The notes below the pieces were generated by a model. That model had not been told where the DNA came from and did not search any database. It saw only the letters and a list, made by a program, of their open reading frames with translations. Positions 41,201-53,469 of a stretch of 64,000 nt of DNA are shown in pieces (position 1 is the stretch's first letter; every line of letters begins with the position of its first letter). A program made the position numbers and the translations under genes. This stretch comes from Eledone cirrhosa (lineage: Eukaryota). The DNA is taken from positions 21,638,001-21,702,000 of the forward strand of contig OZ024741.1 of the NCBI GenBank assembly GCA_964016885.1, read 5' to 3'.

Positions 41201-44200
41201 CACGGCCCTGCTTACCTCTGTCAGGAAGGGACTACCTCAAGGCCCTTCTTACCTCTGTCAGGAAGGGACTACCTCACGGCCCTGCTTACCTCTGTCAGGA
41301 AGGGACTACCTCACGGCCCTGCTTACCTCTGTCAGGAAGAGACTACCTCACGGCCCTTCTTACCCTGTCAGGAAGGGAATACCTCACGGCCCTTCTTACC
41401 CCTGTCAGGAAGGGACTACCTTACGGCCCTTCTTACCCTGTCAGGAAGGGAATACCTCACGGCCCTTCTTTCCTCTGTCAGGAAGGGACTACCTCACGGC
41501 CCTTCTTACCCTGTCAGGAAGGGAATACCTCACGGCCCTTCTTTCCTCTGTCAGGAAGGGACTACCTCACGGCCCTTCTTACCTCTGTCAGGAAGGGACT
41601 ACCTCACGTCCCTTCTTACCTCTGTCAGGAAGGGACTACCTCACGGCCCTTCTTTCCTCTATCAGGGAGGGACTACCTCACGGCCCTTCTTACCCCTGTC
41701 AGGGAGGGACTACCTCATGGCCCTTCTTACCCCTGTCAGGGAGGGACTACCTCATGGCCCTTCTTACCTCTGTCAGGAGGAGACTATCTCATGGCCCTTC
41801 TTACCTCTGTCAGGAAGGGACTACCTCACGGCCCTTCTTTCCTCTGTCAGGAAGGGACTACCTCACGGCCCTTCTTTCCTCTGTTAAGAAGTGACTTTCT
41901 CACGGCCCTTCTTTCCTCTATCAGGGAGGGACTACCTCACGGCCCTTCTTACCCCTGTCAGGGAGGGACTACCTCACGGCCCATCGTGCACCTGACAGGG
42001 AGGGACTATCTCATGGCCCTTCTTACCCCTGTCAGGGAGGGACTACCTCACGGCCCTTCTTACCTCTGTCAGGAAGGGACTACCTCACGGCCGTTCTTAC
42101 CTCTGTCAGGAAGGGACTACCTCAAGGCCCTTCTTTCCTCTGTCAGGAAGGGACTACCTCACGGCCGTTCTTACCTCTGTCAGGAAGGGACTACCTCAAG
42201 GCCCTTCTTACCCCTGTCAGGGAGGGACTACCTCACGGCCCTTCTTACCCCTGTCAGGAAGGGACTACCTCACGGCCCTTCTTTCCTCTGTCAGGAAGGG
42301 ACTACCTCACGGCCCTTCTTACTTCTGTCAGGAAGGGACTACCTCATGGCCCTTCTTACCCCTGTCAGGAAGGGACTACCTCACGGCCCTTCTTACCCCT
42401 GTCAGGAAGGGACTACCTCACGGCCCTGCTTTCGTCTGTCAGGAAGGGACTACCTCATGGCCCTTCTTACCTCTGTCAGGAAGGGACTACCTCACGGCCC
42501 TTCTTACCTCTGTCAGGAAGGGACTACCTCACGGCCCTTCTTTCCTCTATCAGGGAGGGACTACCTCACGGCCCTTCTTACCCCTGTCAGGGAGGGACTA
42601 CCTCATGGCCCTTCTTACCCCTGTCAGGGAGGGACTACCTCATGGCCCTTCTTACCTCTGTCAGGGAGGGACTACCTCACGGCCCTTCTTTCCTCTGTCA
42701 GGAAGGGACTACCTCATGGCCCTTCTTACCTCTGTCAGGAAGGGACTACCTCACGGCCCTGCTTACCTCTGTCAGGAAGGGACTACCTCACGGCCCTGCT
42801 TACCTCTGTCAGGAAGAGACTACCTCACGGCCCTTCTTACCCTGTCAGGAAGGGAATACCTCACGGCCCTTCTTTCCTCTGTCAGGAAGGGACTACCTCA
42901 CGGCCCTTCTTACCCTGTCAGGAAGGGAATACCTCACGGCCCTTCTTTCCTCTGTCAGGAAGGGACTACCTCACGGCCCTTCTTACCCTGTCAGGAAGGG
43001 AATACCTCACGGCCCTTCTTTCCTCTGTCAGGAAGGGACTACCTCACGGCCCTTCTTACCTCTGTCAGGAAGGGACTACCTCACGGCCCTTCTTACCTCT
43101 GTCAGGAAGGGACTACCTCACGGCCCTTCTTTCCTCTATCAGGGAGGGACTACCTCACGGCCCTTCTTACCCCTGTCAGGGAGGGACTACCTCATGGCCC
43201 TTCTTACCCCTGTCAGGGAGGGACTTCCTCATGGCCCTTCTTACCTCTGTCAGGAAGGGACTATCTCATGGCCCTTCTTACCTCTGTCAGGAAGGGACAA
43301 CCTCACGGCCCTTCTTTCCTCTGTCAGGAAGGGACTACCTCACGGCCCTTCTTTCCTCTGTTAAGAAGTGACTATCTCACGGCCCTTCTTTCCTCTATCA
43401 GGGAGGGACTACCTCACGGCCCTTCTTACCCCTGTCAGGGAGGGACTACCTCACGGCCCTTCTTACCCCTGACAGGGAGGGACTACCTCATGGCCCTTCT
43501 TACCCCTGTCAGGGAGGGACTACCTCACGGCCCTTCTTACCTCTGTCAGGAAGGGACTACCTCACGGCCGTTCTTACCTCTGTCAGGAAGGGACTACCTC
43601 AAGGCCCTTCTTTCCTCTGTCAGGAAGGGACTATCTCACGGCCGTTCTTACCTCTGTCAGGAAGGGACTACCTCAAGGCCCTTCTTACCCCTGTCAGGGA
43701 GGGACTACCTCACGGCCCTTCTTACCCCTGTCAGGAAGGGACTACCTCACGGCCCTTCTTTCCTCTGTCAGGAAGGGACTACCTCACGGCCCTTCTTACT
43801 TCTGTCAGGAAGGGACTACCTCATGGCCCTTCTTACCCCTGTCAGGAAGGGACTACCTCACGGCCCTTCTTACCCCTGTCAGGAAGGGACTACCTCACGG
43901 CTCTGCTTACGTCTGTCAGGAAGGGACTACCTCATGGCCCTTCTTACCCCTGTCAGGAAGGGACTACCTCATGGCCCTTCTTACTTCTGTCAGGAAGGGA
44001 CTACCTCATGGCCCTTCTTACCCCTGTCAGGGAGGGACTACCTCACGGCCCTTCTTACCCCTGTCAGGGAGGGACTACCTCATGGCCCTTCTTACCTCTG
44101 TCAGGAAGGGACTATCTCATGGCCCTTCTTACCTCTGTCAGGAAGGGACTACCTCACGGCCCTTCTTTCCTCTGTCAGGAAGGGACTACCTCACGGCCCT

Positions 44201-47200
44201 TCTTTCCTCTGTTAAGAAGTGACTATCTCACGGCCCTTCTTTCCTCTATCAGGGAGGGACTACCTCACGGCCCTTCTTACCCCTGTCAGGGAGGGACTAC
44301 CTCACGGCCCTTCTTACCCCTGACAGGGAGGGACTACCTCATGGCCCTTCTTACCCCTGTCAGGGAGGGACTACCTCACGGCCCTTCTTACCTCTGTCAG
44401 GAAGGGACTACCTCACGGCCGTTCTTACCTCTGTCAGGAAGGGACTACCTCAAGGCCCTTCTTTCCTCTGTCAGGAAGGGACTATCTCACGGCCGTTCTT
44501 ACCTCTGTCAGGAAGGGACTACCTCAAGGCCCTTCTTACCCCTGTCAGGGAGGGACTACCTCACGGCCCTTCTTACCCCTGTCAGGAAGGGACTACCTCA
44601 CGGCCCTTCTTTCCTCTGTCAGGAAGGGACTACCTCACGGCCCTTCTTACTTCTGTCAGGAAGGGACTACCTCATGGCCCTTCTTACCCCTGTCAGGAAG
44701 GGACTACCTCACGGCCCTTCTTACCCCTGTCAGGAAGGGACTACCTCACGGCTCTGTTTACGTCTGTCAGGAAGGGACTACCTCATGGCCCTTCTTACCC
44801 CTGTCAGGAAGGGACTACCTCATGGCCCTTCTTACTTCTGTCAGGAAGGGACTACCTCATGGCCCTTCTTACCCCTGTCAGGAAGGGACTACCTCACGGC
44901 CCTTCTTACCCCTGTCAGGAAGAGACTACCTCGAGGCCCTTCTTTCCTCTGTTAAGAAGGGACTACCTCACGGCCCTTCTTACCTCTGTCAGGAAGGGAC
45001 TACCTCACGGCCCTTCTTACCTCTGTCAGGAAGGGACTACCTCACGGCCCTTCTTTCCTCTATCAGGGAGGGACTACCTCACGGCCCTTCTTACCCCTGT
45101 CAGGGAGGGACTACCTCATGGCCCTTCTTACCCCTGTCAGGGAGCGACTACCTCATGGCCCTTCTTACCTCTGTCAGGGAGGGACTACCTCACGGCCCTT
45201 CTTACCTCTGTCAGGAAGGGACTATCTCATGGCCCTTCTTTCCTCTGTCAGGAAGGGACTACCTCACGGCCCTTCTTTCCTCTGTCAGGAAGGGACTACC
45301 TCACGGCCCTTCTTTCCTCTGTTAAGAAGGGAATACCTCACGGCCCTTCTTTCCTCTGTCAGGAAGGGACTTCCTCAAGGCCCTTCTTACCCCTGTCAGG
45401 AAGGGACTACCTCAAGGCCCCTCTTTCCTCTGTTAAGAAGGGAATACCTCACGGCCCTTCTTTCCTCTGTTAAGAAGGGAATACCTCACGGCCCTTCTTT
45501 CCTCTGTTAAGAAGGGAATACCTCACGGCCCTTCTTTCCTCTGTTAAGAAGGGAATACCTCACGGCCCTTCTTTCCTCTGTCAGGAATGGACTACCTCAA
45601 GGCCCTTCTTACCCCTGTCAGGAAGGGACTACCTCAAGGCCCTTCTTTCCTCTGTTAAGAAGCGACTACCTCATGGCCGTTCTTATCTCTGTCAGGAAGG
45701 GACTACCTCACGGCCCTGCTTACCTCTGTCAGGAAGGGAGTACCTCAAGGCCCTTCTTACCTCTGTCGGGAAGGGACTACCTCACGGCCCTGCTTACCTC
45801 TGTCAGGAAGGGACTACCTCACGGCCCTGCTTACCTCTGTCAGGAAGAGACTACCTCACGGCCCTTCTTACCCTGTCAGGAAGGGAATACCTCACGGCCC
45901 TTCTTTCCTCTGTCAGGAAGGGACTACCTCACGGCCCTTCTTACCCTGTCAGGAAGGGAATACCTCACGGCCCTTCTTTCCTCTGTCAGGAAGGGACTAC
46001 CTCACGGCCCTTCTTACCCTGTCAGGAAGGGAATACCTCACGGCCCTTCTTTCCTCTGTCAGGAAGGGACTACCTCACTGCCCTTCTTACCCCTGTCAGG
46101 AAGGGACTACCTCACGGCCCTTCTTACCCCTGTCAGGAAGGGACTACCTCACGGCCCTTCTTACCCCTGTCAGGAAGGGACTACCTCACGGCCCTTCTTT
46201 CCTCTGTCAGGAAGGGACTACCTCATGGCCCTTCTTACCCCTGTCAGGAAGGGACTACCTCACGGCCCTTCTTTCCTCTATCAGGGAGGGACTACCTCAC
46301 GGCCCTTCTTACCCCTGTCAGGGAGGGACTACCTCATGGCCCTTCTTACCCCTGTCAGGGAGGGACTACCTCATGGCCCTTCTTACCTCTGTCAGGAAGG
46401 GACTATCTCATGGCCCTTCTTACCTCTGTCAGGAAGGGACTACCTCACGGCCCTTCTTTCCTCTGTCAGGAAGGGACTACCTCACGGCCCTTCTTTCCTC
46501 TGTTAAGAAGGGACTATCTCACGGCCCTTCTTTCCTCTATCAGGGAGGGACTACCTCACGGCCCTTCTTACCCCTGTCAGGGAGGGACTACCTCACGGCC
46601 CTTCTTACCCCTGACAGGGAGGGACTACCTCATGGCCCTTCTTACCCCTGTCAGGGAGGGACTACCTCACGGCCCTTCTTACCTCTGTCAGGAAGGGACT
46701 ACCTCACGGCCGTTCTTACCTCTGTCAGGAAGGGACTACCTCAAGGCCCTTCTTTCCTCTGTCAGGAAGGGACTACCTCACGGCCGTTCTTACCTCTGTC
46801 AGGAAGGGACTACCTCAAGGCCCTTCTTACCCCTGTCAGGGAGGGACTACCTCACGGCCCTTCTTACCTCTGTCAGGAAGGGACTACCTCACGGCCCTTC
46901 TTACCCCTGTCAGGAAGGGACTACCTCACGGCCCTTCTTTCCTCTGTCAGGAAGGGACTACCTCACGGCCCTTCTTACTTCTGTCAGGAAGGGACTACCT
47001 CATGGCCCTTCTTACCCCTGTCAGGAAGGGACTACCTCACGGCCCTTCTTACCCCTGTCAGGAAGGGACTACCTCACGGCCCTGCTTACGTCTGTCAGGA
47101 AGGGACTACCTCATGGCCCTTCTTACCCCTGTCAGGAAGGGACTACCTCATGGCCCTTCTTACTTCTGTCAGGAAGGGACTACCTCACGGCCCTTCTTAC

Positions 47201-49340
47201 CCCTGTCAGGAAGAGACTACTTCGAGGCCCTTCTTTCCTCTGTTAAGAAGGGACTACCTCACGGCCCTTCTTACCTCTGTCAGGAAGGGACTACCTCACG
47301 GCCCTTCTTTCCTCTATCAGGGAGGGACTACCTCACGGCCCTTCTTGCCCCTGTCAGGGAGGGACTACCTCATGGCCCTTCTTACCCCTGTCAGGGAGGG
47401 ACTACCTCATGGCCCTTCTTACCTCTGTCAGGGAGGGACTACCTCACGGCCCTTCTTTCGTCTGTCAGGAAGGGACTACCTCACGGCCCTTCTTACCTCT
47501 GTCAGGAAGGGACTATCTCATGGCCCATCTTTCCTCTGTCAGGAAGGGACTACCTCACGGCCCTTCTTTCCTCTGTCAGGAAGGGACTACCTCACGGCCC
47601 TTCTTTCCTCTGTTAAGAAAGGACTATCTCACGGCCCTTCTTACTTCTGTCAGGAAGGGACTACCTCACGACCCTTCTTTCCTCTGTTAAGAAGGGACTA
47701 CCTCACGGCCTTTCTTTCCTCTGTCAGGAAGGGACTACCTCATGGCCCTTCTTACTTCTGTCAGGAAGGGACTACCTCATGGCCCTTCTTACCCCTGTCA
47801 GGAAGGGACTACCTCATGGCCCTTCTTTCCTCTGTCAGGAAGGGACTACCTCACGGCCCTTCTTTCCTCTGTTAAGAAGGGACTACCTCACGGCCCTTCT
47901 TACCCCTGTCAGGAAGGGACTACCTCATGGCCCTTCTTACCTCTGTCCGGAAGGGACTACCTCATGGCCCTTCTTACCTCTGTCAGGAAGGGACTACCTC
48001 ACGGCCCTTCTTACCTCTGTCAGGAAGGGACTACCTCATGGCCCTTCTTACCCTGTCAGGAAGGGAATACCTCACGGCCCTTCTTACCTCTGTCAGGAAG
48101 GGACTACCTCACGACCCTTCTTTCCTCTGTTAAGAAGGGACTACCTCACGGCCCTTCTTTCCTCTGTCAGGAAGGGACTACCTCACGGCCCTTCTTACCC
48201 CTGTCAGGAAGGGATTACCTCATGGCCCTTCTTACCCCTGTGAGGAAGGGACTACCTCACGGCCCTTCTTACCTCTGTCAGGAAGGGACTACCTCACGGC
48301 CCTTCTTTCCTCTGTTAAGAAGGGACTACCTCACGGCCCTTCTTACCCCTGTCAGGAAGGGACTACCTCATGGCCCTTCTTACCTCTGTCAGGAAGGGAC
48401 TACCTCACGGCCCTTCTTACCCCTGTCAGGAAGAGACTACCTAACGGCCCTTCTTACCTCTGTCAGGAAGGGACTACCTCACAGCCCTTCTTACCTCTGT
48501 CAGGAAGGGACTACCTCATGGCCCTTCTTACTCTGTCAGGAAGGGAATACCTCACGGCCCTTCTTTCCTCTGTCAGGAAGGGACTAGCTCACAGCCCTTC
48601 TTACCCTGTCAGGAAGGGACTACCTCACGGCCCTTCTTACCTCTGTCAGGAAGGGACTACCTCATGGCCCTTCTTTCCTCTGTCAGGAAGGGACTACCTC
48701 ACGGCCCTTCTTTCCTCTGTCAGGAAGGGACTACCTCACGGCCCTTTTTTCCTCTGTCAGGAAGGGACTACCTCACGGCCCTTCTTACCTCTGTCAGGAA
48801 GGGACTACCTCACGGCCCTTCTTACCCCTGTCAGGAAGGGACTACCTCACGACCCTGCTTACGTCTGTCAGGAAGGGACTACCTCATGGCCCTTCTTACC
48901 TCTGTCAGGAAGGGACTACCTCACGGCCCTTCTTTCCTCTGTCAGGAAGGGACTACCTCATGGCCCTTCTTACCTGTCAGGAAGGAACTACCTCACGGCC
49001 CTTCTTACCTCTGTCAGGAAGGAACTACCTCACGGCTCTTCTTACCCCTGTCAGGAAGGGACTACCTCATGGCCCTTCTTACCCCTGTCAGGAAGGGACT
49101 ACCTCATGGCCCTTCTTTCCTCTGTCAGGAAGGGACTACCTCACGGCCCTTCTTTCCTCTGTCAGGAAGGGACTACCTCACGGCCCTTCTTTCCTCTGTC
49201 AGGAAGAGACTACCTCACGGCCCTTCTTTCCTCTGTTAAGAAGGGACTATCTCACGGCCCTTCTTACCCCTGTCAGGAAGGGACTACCTCACGGCCCTTC
49301 TTTCCTCTGTCAGGAAGGCACTACCTCACGGCCCTTCTTG
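38280..49340. repeat. 37-bp GC-rich satellite, about 300 copies
   Basis: Unit GGCCCTTCTTACCTCTGTCAGGAAGGGACTACCTCAC, with occasional 36-bp variants. It accounts for all the long plus-strand ORFs here. Confidence 0.99.
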
Positions 49341-49459
49341 CCAAGTCTCAATTTAGAAGACAAAACTATGGACCAGACATTGATTGATAACTAGACTCAA
49401 ATAATCGTCTAACCGACAACAGATGACATTTCCCGAGTCTTTCCTAACTATATTTTGAT

Positions 49460-49624
49460 TTGCAATAGAAATAGAAGTTCGCCGTAATATATACTAAATG
49501 ATATAGTCTAATAATGGGGCGTATAAACCTACTGAACGGAAAAACATGTACGCTGATATTCGGTTTATACGCCCCAATATTAGACTATATTATGTATTAT
49601 GGAGAGCTAATATTTCTATTTCAA
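49460..49624. mobile_element. Palindromic MITE-like element / foldback
   Basis: Inner arms 49501-49529 and 49562-49590 are reverse complements at 28/29 positions; diverged outer arms extend to TTGCAATAGAAATA / TATTTCTATTTCAA. Confidence 0.7.
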
Positions 49625-50204
49625 TTTTAAACTTCGCTCGCCAGGTTCCAAACATACTTCCTTTATTTAATTCTTGATATCCTGTAATGATTTAGCAGAA
49701 AATATCTAGAAACAGGTTTGTTAATTCAAATGTTTATAGTATCTTTACTAGTTGACAGACAATTGGGAACATTTGAAAAATTAGTGTAAAACATTCAGTT
49801 TTGATGTTTGTACTTTTTAAAAATATTTTGCTAATGCGGTTTCACTTGATTTGTTGATTCAAATGTTTATAATATCATAACTACTGGACAGATCGTTGTG
49901 GAGATTTACAGTAAATTAAAGACTTTAACTTTTAATGTGACGCCATCAGCATGCCGTTCTGTACTTTTCAAGAATATTTTGCTTATGTGGTTTCATGTGG
50001 TTCAGGACAATAAGATATGTTCTGATTTTAAAACAATTAGAAACATGCACGAAGTAATCTCTCTTGTATTTAAAAAAAAAGATGTCTCCTAGATTGTGTT
50101 ACAAGGACGAGAGTATGATACTTTTCACGGATGCACACTGCTATTTTTTCTTGTTTTAATTTGGGCTGCCGTTTCCTATTTTAAAATTTCAATTATTAAA
50201 GGTA

Positions 50205-51403
50205 CGATTTATATATTGCACTGGCCAAATACCTTGAAACAACAAACGACTGTATGCTGAAACTTGTTGAAAAACACGAGAAAAGTAAAAGCTTCATTCT
50301 ATCATGACGGAGAGCCAAAAATATGCTACTAATCTCATGCTTGATCCCCAGGCTAGACAGACTAAGGACTGTTGCAATTGATGCTGCTAAGCACATAACA
50401 TTAATGGCAAAAGCAAAATGGCAAGAGCAATTAGCATCAAAGTGGGAGCAGAAACCTGTGCATGGCAAATATGTGGCCCGCAGCAAACAAGCTGATGTTG
50501 ACGAAAAGCACACCCATCAGTGGCTACATAGCTCAGGGCTAAAAGCAGACAGTCAAGGCTTCACCTTAGCTGACCAAGATCAAAGCTTACTGACAAGGAA
50601 TTACCAGGCCAATGTGATGAGAAATGGAGTAAATACAAAGTGCCGATTCTGCAATGTTGAGGTTGAAACAGTGGACCACTTAGTTTCTGGATGTAAAGTT
50701 TTAGCACCAGTAGAGTACAAATATAGACATGACAGAGTCAGCATTATAAAATCAAAGCTGCTGACAAGTGGTACAATCATCACACTGAGTAACTGTGGGG
50801 TTTTCCTGTACATCCTGACCGGACCATAAAAGCTAATAGACCAGATATCAGTGTAAAAGACCAACATAGCAAGGTCTGTTTATTGATTGATATGAGCATC
50901 CCATGTGATCACAATATCGCGGCAAAAGAATTTGACAAGCTAAGAAAGTATAAAGATCTGCTTATTGAAATTAAAAAATGTGGCACCTCAAGGCCGTTAC
51001 AATACCAGTGATTGTGGGAGCACTGGGAATGATTAAGAAAGAAACAACAGTATTTGCGAATGATTCCTGGTTTACCCTCTCTGCACGAGGTGCAAAAAAT
51101 TGTTTTGACTGGTACTGGACACGTATTGAGAAGAGCACTATCGCTGTGAGAATGACCCCCCCCCACTTGTGTGTGTGACTGTGTGTGTGTGTGTGTGTGT
51201 GCGTGCGTGCATGAGTAGAGCACTATCTCTGTAAGAATGATATCCCTCTGTTAGAATAAGTTTTAAATTATATTCAATGTGGCGTGTTAACTGGCTTACC
51301 AATGTATACAATGAATATATTTGCCCTAGGTGTCAGGAAGACGCTCGGCATATATCAGTACAATACTGAAGGTAAAGGAAAAACAATAAAAAAAAATAAT
51401 AAT
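50205..51403 (+). mobile_element. 5'-truncated, frameshifted non-LTR retrotransposon with restriction-like endonuclease (R4/Dong-like)
   Basis: CCHC knuckle CRFC...ETVDHLVSGC, then YKYRHDRV. In another frame NRPDISV...LLIDMSIPCD...KEFDKLRKYKDL, then IPVIVGALG and EVQKIVLTGTGHVLRRALSL* (stop 51147-51149). 3' UTR has (TG)n and a short (TAA)n tail. Confidence 0.88.
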
Positions 51404-51685
51404 GAAAATTATTGTGTACAGTGCTCAGGTGCACTACAACTCATCAAAGGTGCATGTATAGTACATGGAATACTGTAGAAATGTCAGGAAAGTGAACAGT
51501 GTATGAGTCATGATATACACACAGATACATGCGTGCGTGTATATGGAAGGGGCATATCAGGTGTAGTGTTGGCGAATTTCGGGAAGCATGGAAGTTCTGA
51601 AGGATGCAGTGTCTCGACAGCTAACAACTGATACAGGCAGTTTGTTCCATGCGTCAGCAACTTTGAGCGCGAAAAAATGTTTATT
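51404..51685 (-). mobile_element. 3' end of a CR1/L2-type LINE
   Basis: Minus strand translates KHFFALKVADAWNKLPVSVVSCRDTASFRTSMLPEIRQHYT* (stop 51559-51557), the FF..V...WN.LP..VV ORF2 C-terminal motif, followed by a 3' UTR ending in (ATT)n. Confidence 0.8.
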
Positions 51686-51689
51686 AAAG

Positions 51690-51838
51690 CCTTCTCGAAT
51701 TTTCTAATAAGTCGTCTCCGAATTGAGAGATCACAGCTTCAATACTATGGGCATGTGATTAGAATGTCTCGGGAAAGAATCACTGGACAAATTTTACGGG
51801 CGAATCCAACACACAGGAGACTCAGGGGTAGACCTCGG
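51690..51838 (+). mobile_element. RTE-clade LINE C-terminal fragment
   Basis: Translates LRIERSQLQYYGHVIRMSRERITGQILRANPTHRRLRGRPR, the QL.W/Y.GHV.RM...RGRPR signature. Confidence 0.8.
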
Positions 51839-51874
51839 CCACCGCCATAACTTCGATTTTACTAACCTTCCATT

Positions 51875-51921
<47 letters not shown>

Positions 51922-52414
51922 GTAGAACACTGGAAGGTAATATCCGTAGTGGTAGAGCACTCAGTCCATGGGACGAGTTAGGTAGAAGTGGTTACACAAC
52001 AGTTAGTTCACCATACCGAGAACAATTGTTTCACCTTAGCGGATCCTCAGCTCGTAATGGACATGGTTATACGGAACAGGAAGCACAACCGTAGAAACGA
52101 TCACTACTAAAATGCGTGCGAGAGGTGTAAGGGAGATAACTGCGAAAGTCCGAAAAGTTTCTAGTTGATAAGAAAATTAGGATGTTGTAATTCAATCCGG
52201 AGCTTTTAGTTACGTAGAAGGTGTTTCGAGACGTGTGGACAACGTGTGAAGAATTCATTTCTCGTGTTTAGGCAATCGCTATTGCATAATCTCTTTAGAA
52301 TATTTATTCATTCATCAATACACAGTCCACACTACGGATTTCCCCTTGCGTATGGCTTGGACTTAGTGATGGCTTTCCATTGAATGGAGTAGTCTATACT
52401 TGAGTCCTTGAGGG

Positions 52415-52504
52415 ACCATACGTGGCTCGCGAGTTTCGTGGATGAACGTACCTTTAGGTACCCGGACAGACGTTCATCCACGAAACTTGCGAGCCACGTA
52501 TGGT
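52415..52504. repeat. 35-bp-arm inverted repeat
   Basis: ACCATACGTGGCTCGCGAGTTTCGTGGATGAACGT and ACGTTCATCCACGAAACTTGCGAGCCACGTATGGT, one mismatch, 20-nt spacer. Confidence 0.9.
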
Positions 52505-52512
52505 TGTCCTTC

Positions 52513-52515
<3 letters not shown>

Positions 52516-52602
<87 letters not shown>

Positions 52603-52612
52603 TTATATGTAT
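52516..52612. repeat. (TA)n microsatellite
   Basis: Seen directly. Similar TA/CA tracts lie at 51879-51918, 52904-52970, 58340-58445, 58950-59070, 59280-59325 and 60104-60331. Confidence 0.95.
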
Positions 52613-52699
52613 GTAAAAGGTAAACAGAAATAACAACACAATCGGTACAGTATATGGAAGGGATATATTAGGTTAACGCTTGATATAGCAGCAAGAGGG

Positions 52700-52735
52700 T
52701 CTTAACGTTTCGGACGCTAGTCCTTCATCAGAAGA
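52700..52735 (-). ncRNA. Minimal type I hammerhead ribozyme motif (Penelope-like)
   Basis: Minus strand UCUU-CUGAUGA-A-GGAC-UAGC-GUCC-GAAA-CGUU-AAGA: complete core, 4-bp helix I, 4-bp helix II and a palindromic ACGU helix III. Confidence 0.75.
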
Positions 52736-52767
52736 AAGAATGAGAAATAAGATATATATATCAGATA

Positions 52768-52890
52768 GGGTGTGGTAAAAAACCAGGTGGACCATAACCC
52801 ACCAGCGTATTAATTGGGGTAGTAGAGTGGGTAATATGAAAAAATTCAGGACCCCGACGGCTGAGCTCCGGCCGTTTCGACAGCTAGATC
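52768..52890 (-). mobile_element. Dispersed repeat, homologous to 59146-59270 (probable Penelope-like terminal repeat)
   Basis: Reverse complement TAGCTGTCGAAACGGCCGGAGCTCAGCCGTCGGGGTCCTGA...CACTCTACTACCC...TTATGGTCCACCTGGTT aligns with the plus-strand copy at 59148-59256. Confidence 0.7.
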
Positions 52891-52900
52891 CGCACTCTCT

Positions 52901-52971
<71 letters not shown>

Positions 52972-53469
52972 CTTATATAAAGTATATAAAGTCTATATAC
53001 TGGCCTAAAGGAACAAATGTACTTAAGTTAGCTTTGTATTTTATAATCACCAGGACATCCTTTATCAAACAGGAAAACCGTTCTGAATTTCATTCTTTCT
53101 CTCTTTCTCATCTTTCCTTTTTTTTCTCTTTCTCTCTTTCTCATCGTTTTCGTCTTTCTCATCTTTCTCATCTTTCTCTCTTTCAAATCGTTCTCGTCAT
53201 TCTCATCATTCCTTCATTCCTCTCTTTTTCATCTCTCTCCTCATTGCTCTCTTCCTCTCTTCCTCCCTTCCTCTCTCTCTCATCGTCCTCATCGTCCCCC
53301 TCTTTCTCTTCTCTTCTACTCATGCATCAAGTAAACAACAATTCCGACTGAGAGTTTAGTGACTATAAATAGCTTCTTATGTTTGGTCTCTCAGCCAGCG
53401 CCATACATGTGCCTGATGGAAGATAATCAGTGGTAACTGTATAGCTTAGCATTATGGCTCGTTACATAC

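Noticed and set aside
38392-49394. Long repetitive ORFs up to 1265 aa
   Set aside because: All three frames give the same permuted peptide from a 37-bp unit, and 36-bp indel variants are tolerated freely, so there is no sign of frame selection.
49715-49900. Diverged ~50-bp direct repeat (TTTGTT.ATTCAAATGTTTATA) about 133 bp apart
   Set aside because: Only two AT-rich degenerate copies with no further structure; probably an old local duplication.
51920-52410. Non-repetitive stretch with a 63-aa minus-strand ORF
   Set aside because: No recognisable motif or supported splice structure; probably an unclassified transposon remnant.
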